The notes beneath the pieces were generated by a model that saw only the letters and a program-made list of their open reading frames with translations, ran no database searches and was not told the DNA's origin. A DNA stretch of 64,000 nucleotides from positions 26,288,001 to 26,352,000 of the forward strand of contig OX597822.1 in the NCBI GenBank assembly GCA_951406725.2, read 5' to 3'. Both the position numbers and the translations under genes were made by a program. Every line of letters starts with the position of its first letter. Position 1 is the first letter of the stretch. This DNA is from Octopus vulgaris (lineage: Eukaryota). This document shows positions 53,131 to 64,000 of this stretch, in pieces.

Positions 53131-53722
53131 TCTATGTTTGTTCTTTACACAACAAGGTTCTTTTTAGCCGCGTGTTTTGTTTTAATTTTTCTGTATGCTA
53201 GTATACTACATATTTTTCTCTGCTTCTGTGTGTTAGTATTTTTGCATATTTTTCATTTCATACATTTTTGAGACTCACAAATTCAGATAGCTGGATTTAT
53301 GATTTCACTAGGTTAATTCTATTCATAAAAATTTTAATTAAGAGTATTTCTTAAACCGTTAGCTTCACATTTCAACAGCTTAACTGAAAATTAGCCCACG
53401 TAACAGAAACTGAGAGAGAATCGTGGAACAAGGAAACTGTGGGTGATACAGATGATTTGGCATTATTTTTGAATTCTGCATGCAAAAACATATGGGTTAC
53501 AGGTATTCTTTTCCTTGGAACAAATTGCAAGCATGAAAACGTTACTCAACTTTGAAGTTTTGGAGACATACGCCCCCTTTTCACACACACACATACATTT
53601 ATATTTTAATGATGTACGCAAATACATGACAGGTAATAATAATACTAAAATACGCATACAGTAAACACATACAGACAAATATGTTAATATTACAAACTTT
53701 AAAAAAATAATAAAAATATACA

Positions 53723-54143
53723 TAGGCGCAGGAGTGGCTGTGTGGTAAGTAGCTTGCTAACCAACCACATGGTTCCGGGTTCAGTCCCACTGCGTGGCAT
53801 CTTGGGCAAGTGTCTTCTGCTATAGCCCCGGGCCGACCAATGCCTTGTGAGTGGATTTGGTAGACGGAAACTGAAAGAAGCCTGTCGTATATATGTATAT
53901 ATATATAAGTGTGTGTGTATATGTTTGTGTGTCTGTGTTTGTCCCCCTAGCATTGCTTGACAACCGATGCTGGTGTGTTTACGTCCCCGTCACTTAGCGG
54001 TTCGGCAAAAGAGACCGATAGAATAAGTACTGGGCTTACAAAGAATAAGTCCCAGGGTCGATTTGCTCGACTAAAGGCGGTGCTCCAGCATGGCCGCAGT
54101 CTAATGACTGAAACAAGTAAAAGAGTAAAGAGTAAAAGAGAGT
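53723..54143 (+). mobile_element. SINE family A, young full-length copy
   Basis: Family consensus match; CpGs retained. Confidence 0.92.
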
Positions 54144-54747
54144 AATCAATGAAGAGACAAAAGTGATTTTTGCAGATAATACATTTTTATAAAATGCTAC
54201 ATCTTCATTTTCTTATTATATATACACACACGGAGGCGCAATGGCCCAGTGGTTAGGGCAGCGGACTCGCGGTTTCGATTCCCAGGCCGGGCGTTGTGAG
54301 TACTTATTGAGCGAAAACACCTAAAGCTCCATGAGGCTCCAGCAGGGGGTAGTGGCGATCCCTGCCACAACTTTCTTTCACTCTTTCTTCTGTTGGCCTG
54401 GCGTCATTTGAAGACTAAAACAATGCGAAGCGCATTGTGACCAGCGATGTAATCACGGTGATATATACATACACACACTCACATATGTGATCTGATGAGC
54501 TAGCTCTCTTTATTTGCGTTGATTTGTGAATAAACAGTTGCATTTTATAATGCATTTTAGTGCAGAAATATAAGTGTGATTTGTTATACACTGAAATTAT
54601 AGTTACATAAAAAGCCTGTGAAACAGGTTTAATCCACAGGATGACAAATGGTTAAATAAATATATTCATTGCTCCTACCTCCTGATTTTTGCGTGGTTTA
54701 TAAATGTGTGTGCGTGTGTATATATCCATATATATATATACATATAT

Positions 54748-54998
54748 AAACAATTGCAGTGTGGAAGGTGTTTATAAGCTATTTAAGAAACACACAAAAA
54801 CCGTTAGATTCACTTCAACATTTAAATTTAATTTGTCAAAATATTTTCGTCGCTTTGAGACTGCAGCCTGTTCACTGATAAAACTTCGTGTTCGTGGTCT
54901 CAAAGTGATGAAAATATTTTGACAAATTAAATTTAAATGTTGAAGTAAATTTAACGGGTTTTTTTGGCTTATAAACACCTTCCACGCTGCAATTGTTT
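54748..54998. repeat. Foldback with about 100-110-bp arms and atypical HHR-like fold
   Basis: aaacaattgcagtgtggaaggtgtttataagc...tttgagac / gtctcaaag...gcttataaacaccttccacgctgcaattgttt. The minus strand has ...gcgac-GAAA-ATAT-TT-tgacaaa. Confidence 0.88.
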
Positions 54999-55427
54999 TC
55001 GTTCCAGCACACGATCTCAGATCAAGTCACTCGCTATGCAAGTACATCTCCGTAATATACATATATATATTTTAAATAATCTTTTATCGTTTACTTGTTG
55101 CAGTCTCCATGCTGGAGTACTGCTTTGAAGAGTTTTAGCCAAATGAATCAAACCCAGTACATTTTTTAAAATTCTGATACTCATTCTATCAGTCTGTTTT
55201 GCTGAACTACTAGATCATGGAGACATAAACACACACATCACTGGCTTCTTTTAGTTTCTGTCTACCAAATCCACTCACAAGGCTTTGGTCAGCCCAAAGC
55301 TATTGTAGAAGACATTTGCACAAGGTGCCATGCAGTGGATCTGAACCTGGAACTAAATGGTTAGGAAGCAAGCTTCTTACCACACAGTCACTCCTGCATG
55401 CATGCATCCATCTATGTATATATCATA

Positions 55428-55933
55428 CTAGCAGTATCGCCCGGCGTTGCTCGGATTTGTAAGGGAAATAACTATATAAGCATTTTTAGAGAGTTACTTC
55501 CCTTATAAATTCGGGCTTTCTTAGCCATTTTTGTTTTGGTGTCTTCAAGCCATGAAGTCGTTGTTCTAAAAGAACGCTGGTTTCCTTCACAATGCATTAC
55601 GACGTTGATTTCTTTACACTCCCTTCCCCACAGCTTCACGAGGGAGGGAAGGGGGAGAAGCAAACAGGTGCAGCTGTGAGCGTGGACGCCAACTCCGCCG
55701 CCATCGACATACGATGCATTTTATGCATTAAAATGGAATAAAAAATGATGTTAAATTATTTTTAAAATCGTAGACTCATCGTTGACGCGCGCTAATAGTC
55801 AGACGGGCTCGATATGAATCACGACTATAAGATACCCGAATTTGGTTAAACTGCACCGTAAAATGTGGGAGGAGTTAGGAATCTAAATCGAAGGGGACAG
55901 ACACTCACACAACTAGAGTTTTATATATATAGA
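55428..55933 (-). mobile_element. Non-autonomous Helitron, longer copy
   Basis: Same 5' TC, 3' hairpin and CTAG ends as 22147-22442, with an extra internal segment of about 220 bp. Confidence 0.8.
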
Positions 55934-56806
55934 TATATATATATATATATAGCACAATATGAATAGAGCATGGCTGAATATTTCATAAGTTAGCTTCACA
56001 ATCACAAACGTTCTTGGCTCAATCCTATAATGTGGTATTTTGAACAAGTGTCTTTTACCATAGCCCAACCCTGTGAATGAAATTGGATAGATGAAAATTG
56101 TGTGGAAGGCTAGTCAAATGGATTCTACTTGCAATTCAAAGGTCCAGTCTTTTTAACCTTTTTGATACTAACCAATCTAAGACTGCTCCTTGCTTTGTGT
56201 TATAAACATCTCACTGTCGAGTGTTTTGAATTAAAATCTTCCATCAGATGTTAGTCTCAGTCTATGTTCCAAAAGTCAATTAATAAGGACAAAGTTATTT
56301 TACTAAATTCTTCATTATATTCAAAATTAATTGAAGCAAAGACAGAGTATCTCAATAGAAATATGGTAACAAAAGGGTTAAACACTGTATAATACTGGTT
56401 TTTACATTTATAAGAATCCATTTACAACTATCACCATTGAAATATTTTAGACTGCTATTTACGACTATTTATGAAATGGATGTAAAGAAATAACACACAA
56501 AAGTTCCAAAATAAAGTTTTTCTATCTTTTATTGAAGGAAACATTTTAAAAATTAACCAGAACCAGGAAAAAAAACCCAAAAACAAAAAAAAGAAAGGCT
56601 TGTTTAAGGATGTTGGTGACTTGAAAATATTTCTCAAATTTCCAAGGGATAAAAAAAAAAAAACATGCAAAATTTTTCATGATGATTAGTATTAGTTTTA
56701 CACTTATTATTATTAATTAATCAGTCATGTCTAGACTGATGTTCAAAGTTAGTGAATAATACACTAAAACAGTCACTTTTCAGCTTAACCAACTCATTGG
56801 AAGTAA

Positions 56807-56857
<51 letters not shown>

Positions 56858-56908
56858 ATACACACGCACATATATATTATGTATTTTTCATATATACATA
56901 TACATATC

Positions 56909-56943
<35 letters not shown>

Positions 56944-56960
56944 GTATTTATCATATATAT

Positions 56961-56994
<34 letters not shown>

Positions 56995-59900
56995 GTATAT
57001 ATGTGTGTATGTATATATCATATATGCATTTCATGTATATACCATGTATGTATAAGCAAAGTTTTGGGATTTTCTTTTGTATAACGTGTGTTCACTTTCT
57101 TTGCTTTCTCACTTTATTTTCTTATTTCTTTCTGCTGCTCTTTTATTGTCCAGTACATAAAATTCCTCATGTGTGAATCGTAGGTCCAATTTGCCGCGAA
57201 TGTGAAGTTTCAGCACTGGTCCCATCCTGGTATTAAAATTTCAGATTTCAACCGATATGCAAGCACAAAATAAAAAGAACAAAAAAAAAAATCTAAAAAC
57301 ACATTTAATTTCTTCTAGGATTAATATTGATACAAATATAACAACTAATTTTTTTGGGTTTCTTAAGTCTATATGTTCAGCTTGTTTATAAAACTAAAGG
57401 AAATTTTCCTGATGAAAATACTGCTGAAGAAGCCATCTGTGTATCATACTAAATGTATGCATGCCATTATAAGGCATGATGCTGTGGACTTGTCTGAGAT
57501 AAAATCTCTTCATAGACTTGTTACTCACTGCAGTGGCAATATTCACCTTGCTCCAGGCGGTGAGCTGGCAGAAATGTTAGCACGCTGGGCAAAATGAGTA
57601 GCCGTATTTCGTCTGCCATTACGTTCAGAGTTCAAATTCCGTCAAGGTCGACTTAGCCTTTCATCCTTTTGGGGTCAATTAAATAAGTACCAGTTACGCA
57701 CTGGGGTCGATATAAGCTGTGTGTCTGTCCTTGTTTGTCCCCTCTGTGTTTATCCCCTTGTGGATAGTAAAGAAAAAAATATATATATTGTTTTTAACAC
57801 AAGTCTTTGAAGAGATTTACCTCAAACAATTTTACAACATCATGCCTTTTGATGATGTGAATAGATTTAGTATGATGCACAGGTGGCTATTTTGATTTGC
57901 ATACATGGAATTTTGCTGGAAAAAGATCTAGATTAACTAAATTTTAAAACATTTCATCTGTTCCTAAAAAATGAAATCTGAAAAGAATTCAGTGATGAAT
58001 TCAACTACTTAAAAATTTGAAGGTATATTTCCAACAGCATACAAGAAAAACTTCAATTGTTGATTGTAGAACGCATGTTTATAAATGCCAAGAACAAAAA
58101 GTTCATGACAAGGGATTATGGAGCATACAACTGTCAAGCCTAAGCTATCTTTGCATGTATAAGACCAAAATCAGAGGAAGTAAGCAGCTAGCAATGCCCT
58201 ACAGAGAAGAAAACTTATCAACAGAGACAGTTTTTGCATGCTGCAAGAGTAGATAACTCATAAATTATGCAGTAACCTCTTTTTAAGTTTTACAGCCAGT
58301 GTCCTGCTGTTCTCAAGAAAACTCATTTACCACAGCAGAATTGATACAGGTACTGGTGCCATGTAAAAAGCACCCAATACGCTCTGTAAAGTGGTTGGCA
58401 TTAGGAAGGACATCCAGCTGTAGAAACCATGCCAAAACAGATATTGGAGCAAGGTGAGGCCCCTTGGTCATACCAGCTCTTGTCAAACCGTCCAACCCAT
58501 GCCAGCATGGAAAGCGGACATTAAATGATGATGATGATGAATATATGTATGTTCATTCTAAAGATTGATAGAAGTTCTAAGTAAAAGTCTTCAGTTAATC
58601 AGAACTTAGAAAAGTATTTATAAGATGGAGATATCAAAAAATGTTAACCAAATTCTTTCTTTTAAGTTCTCTAGTATTTTTTTTTTTTTGATTTTTACAA
58701 TTACCTTATCTGTTGATGCTGTTTTTGTTTAGTTTATTCTTCAAATGTTTGAGTTTTAGGTTCTTCCTAATGTTATGGATTTTACAAATTAAACACTTTT
58801 TTTTTCTCTCTCCAGTTGAAAATTTCTAAAATAACTAATGTGATTCTGTGCCTGCTGTTGTTTTGGTAAAACCTTTTGATAGCAACTCATCATGACTGTC
58901 CCTGGTTCTAAGATACAAATTTCTTGTTTTAAAGTGGCCTAAATTAAAATGTCTAAATTTCATGCTAATTTATGTTTCAAACAGCAGATTTATGACAAAA
59001 TTATTTCACTAAACGTTTTATTTTCAAAATTAACCAAAAGAAAGGTTGTGTATTTCAACAGAAATATGGTAGCCAAAGGGTTAAAGTGGTCTAAAGTAAA
59101 ACCTTCCGCCAAGATTTCATTTGAAAATATTCTTCAAACACCAGATTACTGATGACAAAGTTATTTCACTACATTCATTATTTTCAAAACTAACTGAAAT
59201 AAAAGCAGAGTGACTATATTCCAACAGAAATATAGTCACAGAAGCATTAGAGAAAATATGAAATACTTCATCAAAGACTAGAAAAGAAAGAATAGTTTAC
59301 CAAGGGGAGAGTTTACTTACTGTGACAAGCAACTTGGGTATTTACAAGGATAGCCAACTTTCAAGAAATTAATCCTCCAAAAACCAAAGATAGTTATTAA
59401 ATATAGATCAGGCCTAAGAATAATTTCACTAACCCGATAGATTATAGAGCAGCCCTGAAGAAAATTAGATTCTAACAGTAATCGAGCTGTTGGAAGCAAA
59501 GAAAAAAAACTAACTACAATCCTTATCAATCCCTAGCATCAATTTTTGTCTATTTTAAAAATAAAATGAAACCCATAGACAGTGTAATTCATTAGAAATA
59601 AGATCAGCATAGAATCAAACCAATATACTGTTATTATATTACTCTTTGATGTACAATAATTTTTTTCTGATATATTTTTATCAACCTGTGTCAAGAATAA
59701 TGTTAATTATATAATGCTAACCTTAGACAAGAACCATCCTGCATGAATGTCAGACTTAACAAGAGAGTTTTACAGGGGTCGTTTCCTCTGTAACACAAAG
59801 AGACAGCAGATAATTTTAATTATTCTTGTAGTAAGTTAAAATTAAAAGTGTGAGTCTAGCCATAGTGCCACATACAGATTAAATTAAGCAAATACCATCA

Positions 59901-61425
59901 CCTTTAGCTAATGAGTAGAAAGAAATGTTAGAAAACATTTGGCATTTTATATATTTTGATAAGAGTTTTAAATATTGTGATACAAGATTCCTTGAGTGTG
60001 TTCTGATTAAATCATTTACTTAATATTAGAATTAAGGAGTTAATAACTTTCGGGTTTTATTAAATGCTGCATATAACTATATATACCTCTTTGATATTAT
60101 CATGCAAATAAAAGTCAAGACACTGTACAGAACTTATATCCAAGTGTAATTATGTTCAAACTAACATCTGTGAATGATTGAAGATGAGGTATTAACTGCC
60201 ATTGAAGGTCTCGCATTTTGCAGCATCATGCATATTTGAAGAAGGAAAAACTAAATTAGTCCTCTATGGAAATGAAGAAATGAAAGCCAAGACAAAAACT
60301 GCTAAAAGAGGAAGTATTGATACATCTTACTAAGAAAGATGAGAAATAATGAAAAGGAAATACATCATCATCATCATCATCATCACTGACAACTACAATA
60401 AAGGATAAGTACAATGATACAGACTAAGCAACATTTGAAGTACTAAATCAGGGTCAAAAATACTCTTACTATTCCTTATCTATTTATTTAGTATAGTAAG
60501 TAAACATTTCACCACTCTCTCTGACAAAGGATTTAGCTGATCCCTGTCAACCCACCAAATTGTTAGAATTCTTCATAGCAATACGATTTTCCTCACCAAA
60601 CTTTTTTATGGGACAATTTATCATCATCATTTAACATCTGCTTTCCATGCTGCCATGGGTTGGATGGTTTGACTGAAAACTGGTCGGCTGCACCAGGTTC
60701 CTATCTAATTTGGCATGATTTCTACAGCTGGATGCCCTTCCTAGTGTCAATCACTCGAAGAGTGTAGTGGGTGCTTTTATGTGCCAGCTACAAAACACCA
60801 GCATTGGTCACGACTATGATCTCATTTGGCTTGACTGGTCTTCTCAAGCACAGTATATTGCCAAAGGTCTTGGTCACCTGTCACTGCCTGCATGAGGCCC
60901 AAAGTTTGAAGAGTGCTTTTTATGTGCCACTGGCATTGGAACCAGTTATGCAACACTGGCATCAGCCATGACTACAATTTCACTTGGCTTGACAGGACTT
61001 CTCAAGCATATTCCCTAACATTCAAAGGGTGTCTTTTACATACCAGTTATGTGACACTGGCATTGGTCATGACAGATTTTTATATCTTTACTATTTATCA
61101 ACACAAGACTATCAACAGGTTTTGTTTCATTCATCTAATTTTATCATAAAGATGGTAAACTGATAGAAATGTCAAAGCATCACAAAAAAATGTTGAGTGG
61201 AATTTCTTCTAGTTTTTTATGTTTTTGAATTCAAATACCACTGAGGTCAATTCTGTCTTACATCTTTTCACAGATCAATAAATTAAGTACTAATGTAATT
61301 GATTAACCCCTTCACCTTAAAATTGTTGACTTTGTGCCAAAATCTGATACGCATTATTAAGATGATGGGCTGGCAATAATGTTAGAGCACCAGAGAAAAA
61401 TACCATACCATATTTACTCTGGCAT

Positions 61426-61797
61426 TCTTTTACTTGTTTCAGTCATTTTGACTGTGGCCATGCTGGAGCACTGCCTTTAGTCGAGCAAATCGACTCCAGA
61501 GCTTATTCTTTGTAAGCCTAGTACTTATTTTATCGGTCCCTTTTACCGAACCGCTAAGTTATGGGGGACGTAAACACACCAGCATCAGTTGTCAAGCGAT
61601 GTTGGGGGGACAAACACAGACACACACATACATATATGACGGGCTTCTTCCAGTTTCTGTCTATCAAATCCACTCACATGGCTTTGGACAGCCCGAGGCT
61701 ATAGTAGAAGACACTTGCCCAAGGTGCCACACAGCGGGACTGAACCCAGGACCATGTGATTAGTAAGCAAGCTACTTAGCACACAGCCACTCCTATG
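61426..61797 (-). mobile_element. SINE family A
   Basis: Family consensus match. Confidence 0.9.
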
Positions 61798-63480
61798 CAC
61801 TGTACATTCTGAGTTCAAATCCTGCCAGGGTCAACTTTGCTTTTCTTCCTTTGAGGGTTGATAAAATAAAATACCACTCAAGTACTGGAACCAATGGTCC
61901 CTCCCCTCAAAACTGTTGGCTTCATGTCTTAATCAGAAACCATTATTATTTCAAATTCACTTTTGCAGAAACAGCTGCAAACACTGAATCCTGTCAAGTC
62001 TGACTTTGCTGCTGTCTACCTTTCTGGATTCTTATAAAATCAATACCAGTTATATAATGGTGTTAATGCAAATGACTGCATCTCGTTCATATGAAACTGT
62101 CTTTGTGCCTATTCAGAATGCAACTACTGAGCCTTAAGCGTTTAGTCTGTTATGGGATGATGCTAAATGCAACTCTTATAAGGAAAATGTTTAACATCCT
62201 AATACTATGAGCCTTCAGGGTTTATTTTTTCCTTAATACCAAATGTCATATAATGAAGAGAGACAGATAACCAAGCTGATACAAAATTAAATATTTATAA
62301 TATTTCACCCTGTTGGTCACAAGCTCAGATCCTAATGGAGTCAACTTTGCCTATTACCCATCCATATGTAATCAAATAGTCTAGTTGTTGTTTAGTTTCT
62401 GGTCAGGCAAAATATGGTAAAGGCATTCATGCCAGACTTTCATGCTGTAAGTGATCTTTAAAAAAAATTTTTTTTTAAATTCTACTAATATCTAGAAAGC
62501 TGGATCTAATAACATGACTTTCCCAAGGTGAATGATGGTAACATGTAATACTGCTAACTTCTCTAGCTTATACCTACACGAAAAAAAGACTTTAGAACTA
62601 TAATTATAATGATGATTATTTACATCCCCATTTAAATGTCAGAGGGACTTGACAATCGATGTTAGTGCGTTTATGTCCCCCAAAATTTAGCGGTTTGGCA
62701 AAAGAGACCAATAGAATAAGCACCGGGCTTACAAAGAGTAAGTCCTGGGGTTAGTTTCTTCGACTAAAGGCAGTGCTCCAGTCGAAGGAATGGAACGTGT
62801 AAAAGAGTAAAATACATCTATGTAAGCAATGCGATTGAAGACAGAAAAATATTATTGGGTGTATATGCATATTTCAAGAGTTTTTGCCCTTTCTTCAGTC
62901 AATATCCAAGCCATTAACCATCTATGAACACATTGCTTAAATAGCCACTAAATTTAACAGTACAATACAATTGGATATATCAATTTTACATATCAAGCAT
63001 ATTCCGAGCAACTGTTATGTGCATATTTACTGCTGGTAGGAACATGGTATTTCATTATGTGACCATAATAGTTGTAACCTTTGATGCTGGCTCTAGTTTC
63101 TGAAGAAAATCTGTAGAGTTCACTTTAAAAAGTGACAGAATTGCACTGCTAACACAGGTAGGATACAGTGTTGTCTAATAAGCCTTTACTATACCTAGTA
63201 GCATATTGCAGTTCTATAACGAAATGTGGGGTCCTTTCTAGCAATTAATAAATACTACAAAGTATTTTGTCCTACACCCCAACTAGTCTATGAACCAACT
63301 ACTTACGAAAAGAATATTCAGGCTTGTCTGTGATATTTGTATAATGTCGGAGGAGTTGATATTAACAAGTAAAGACAAGAAACCATTACATGTTTAGATA
63401 GGTAATAATGCTGAATAAAAACTGCCTATTGATCAGTCTAACCCAGGTAGTGATATGGTCATTAATATGTCTAGGTGGAA

Positions 63481-63711
63481 GGCGGCGAGCTGGCAGAAGC
63501 GTTAGCACGCCGGGCGAAATGCTTAGCGGTATTTTGTCTGCTGCTACGTTCTGAGTTCAAATTCTGCCAAGGTCGACTTTGCCTTTCATCCTTTCGAGGT
63601 TGATTAAATAAGTACCAGTTATGCACTGGGTTCGATATAATCGACTTAATCCGTTTGTCTGTCCTTGTTTGTCCTCTCTGTGTTTAGCCCCTTGTGGGTA
63701 GTAAAGAAATA
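63481..63711 (+). mobile_element. SINE family C (tRNA-derived, about 230 bp)
   Basis: ggcggcgagctggcagaa..gagttcaaattc (B box)..gcctttcatccttt..aaataagtaccag. Other copies at 26240-26457(-), 46180-46641(-, two), 57556-57775(+) and degenerate ones. Confidence 0.85.
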
Positions 63712-63883
63712 AATATGTCTAGGTGGGTAGTAACACTGAATAAGAACTGTTTCAAACTGTGATAATCTGTCCAACTCATTCTAGCAAGCGAAAGTGCACA
63801 TAAAATGCTGCTGATAATGATGGTATTGGTACCCCTTTCCTATAGGTTTGTTAGTTGATCTCAAAAATGCAAAGACAGGCATT

Positions 63884-63970
63884 AAATGAAATGACAATGT
63901 TATGAGAAGAAAATAATCAAGAAAATGAAATGACAATGTTATGAGAAGAAAATAATCAAGAAAATGAAAT
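63884..63970. repeat. Perfect 39-bp tandem duplication
   Basis: aaatgaaatgacaatgttatgagaagaaaataatcaaga x2.2. Confidence 0.95.
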
Positions 63971-64000
63971 TCATTTGTAACTAAACATGCAGCAAGCCTC

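Noticed and set aside
54492-54510. CTGATGAG motif
   Set aside because: No downstream GAAA or stem III.

Overview
AT-rich, microsatellite-saturated eukaryotic DNA whose repeat content looks like a coleoid cephalopod (probably Octopus; inferred). The one clear host gene is a + strand TMEM47/PMP22-claudin-family tetraspan gene, with coding exons at 13103-13262, 41165-41314 and 43876-44111; its first coding exon was not found and is probably upstream of the window. The rest is mostly mobile DNA: four SINE families, two Penelope-like (GIY-YIG) retroelement 3' halves, RTE, CR1/Jockey and HERO LINE fragments, a mariner, a maT-like relic, Helitrons, and GG-ended MITEs with 8-9 bp TSDs. The most striking hidden layer is a set of type I hammerhead ribozyme (HHR) motifs on both strands. 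Several sit inside near-perfect foldback palindromes inserted in (TA)n tracts, and one sits in a retrozyme-like non-coding unit. Other oddities are a HERO fragment with an 80-bp flanking duplication, a locally templated insertion that preserves a pre-MITE empty site, and an RFX X-box/CCAAT promoter. Almost all ORFs in the supplied track are microsatellite or SINE artefacts. Coordinates were counted by eye, and repeat boundaries may be off by a few bases.
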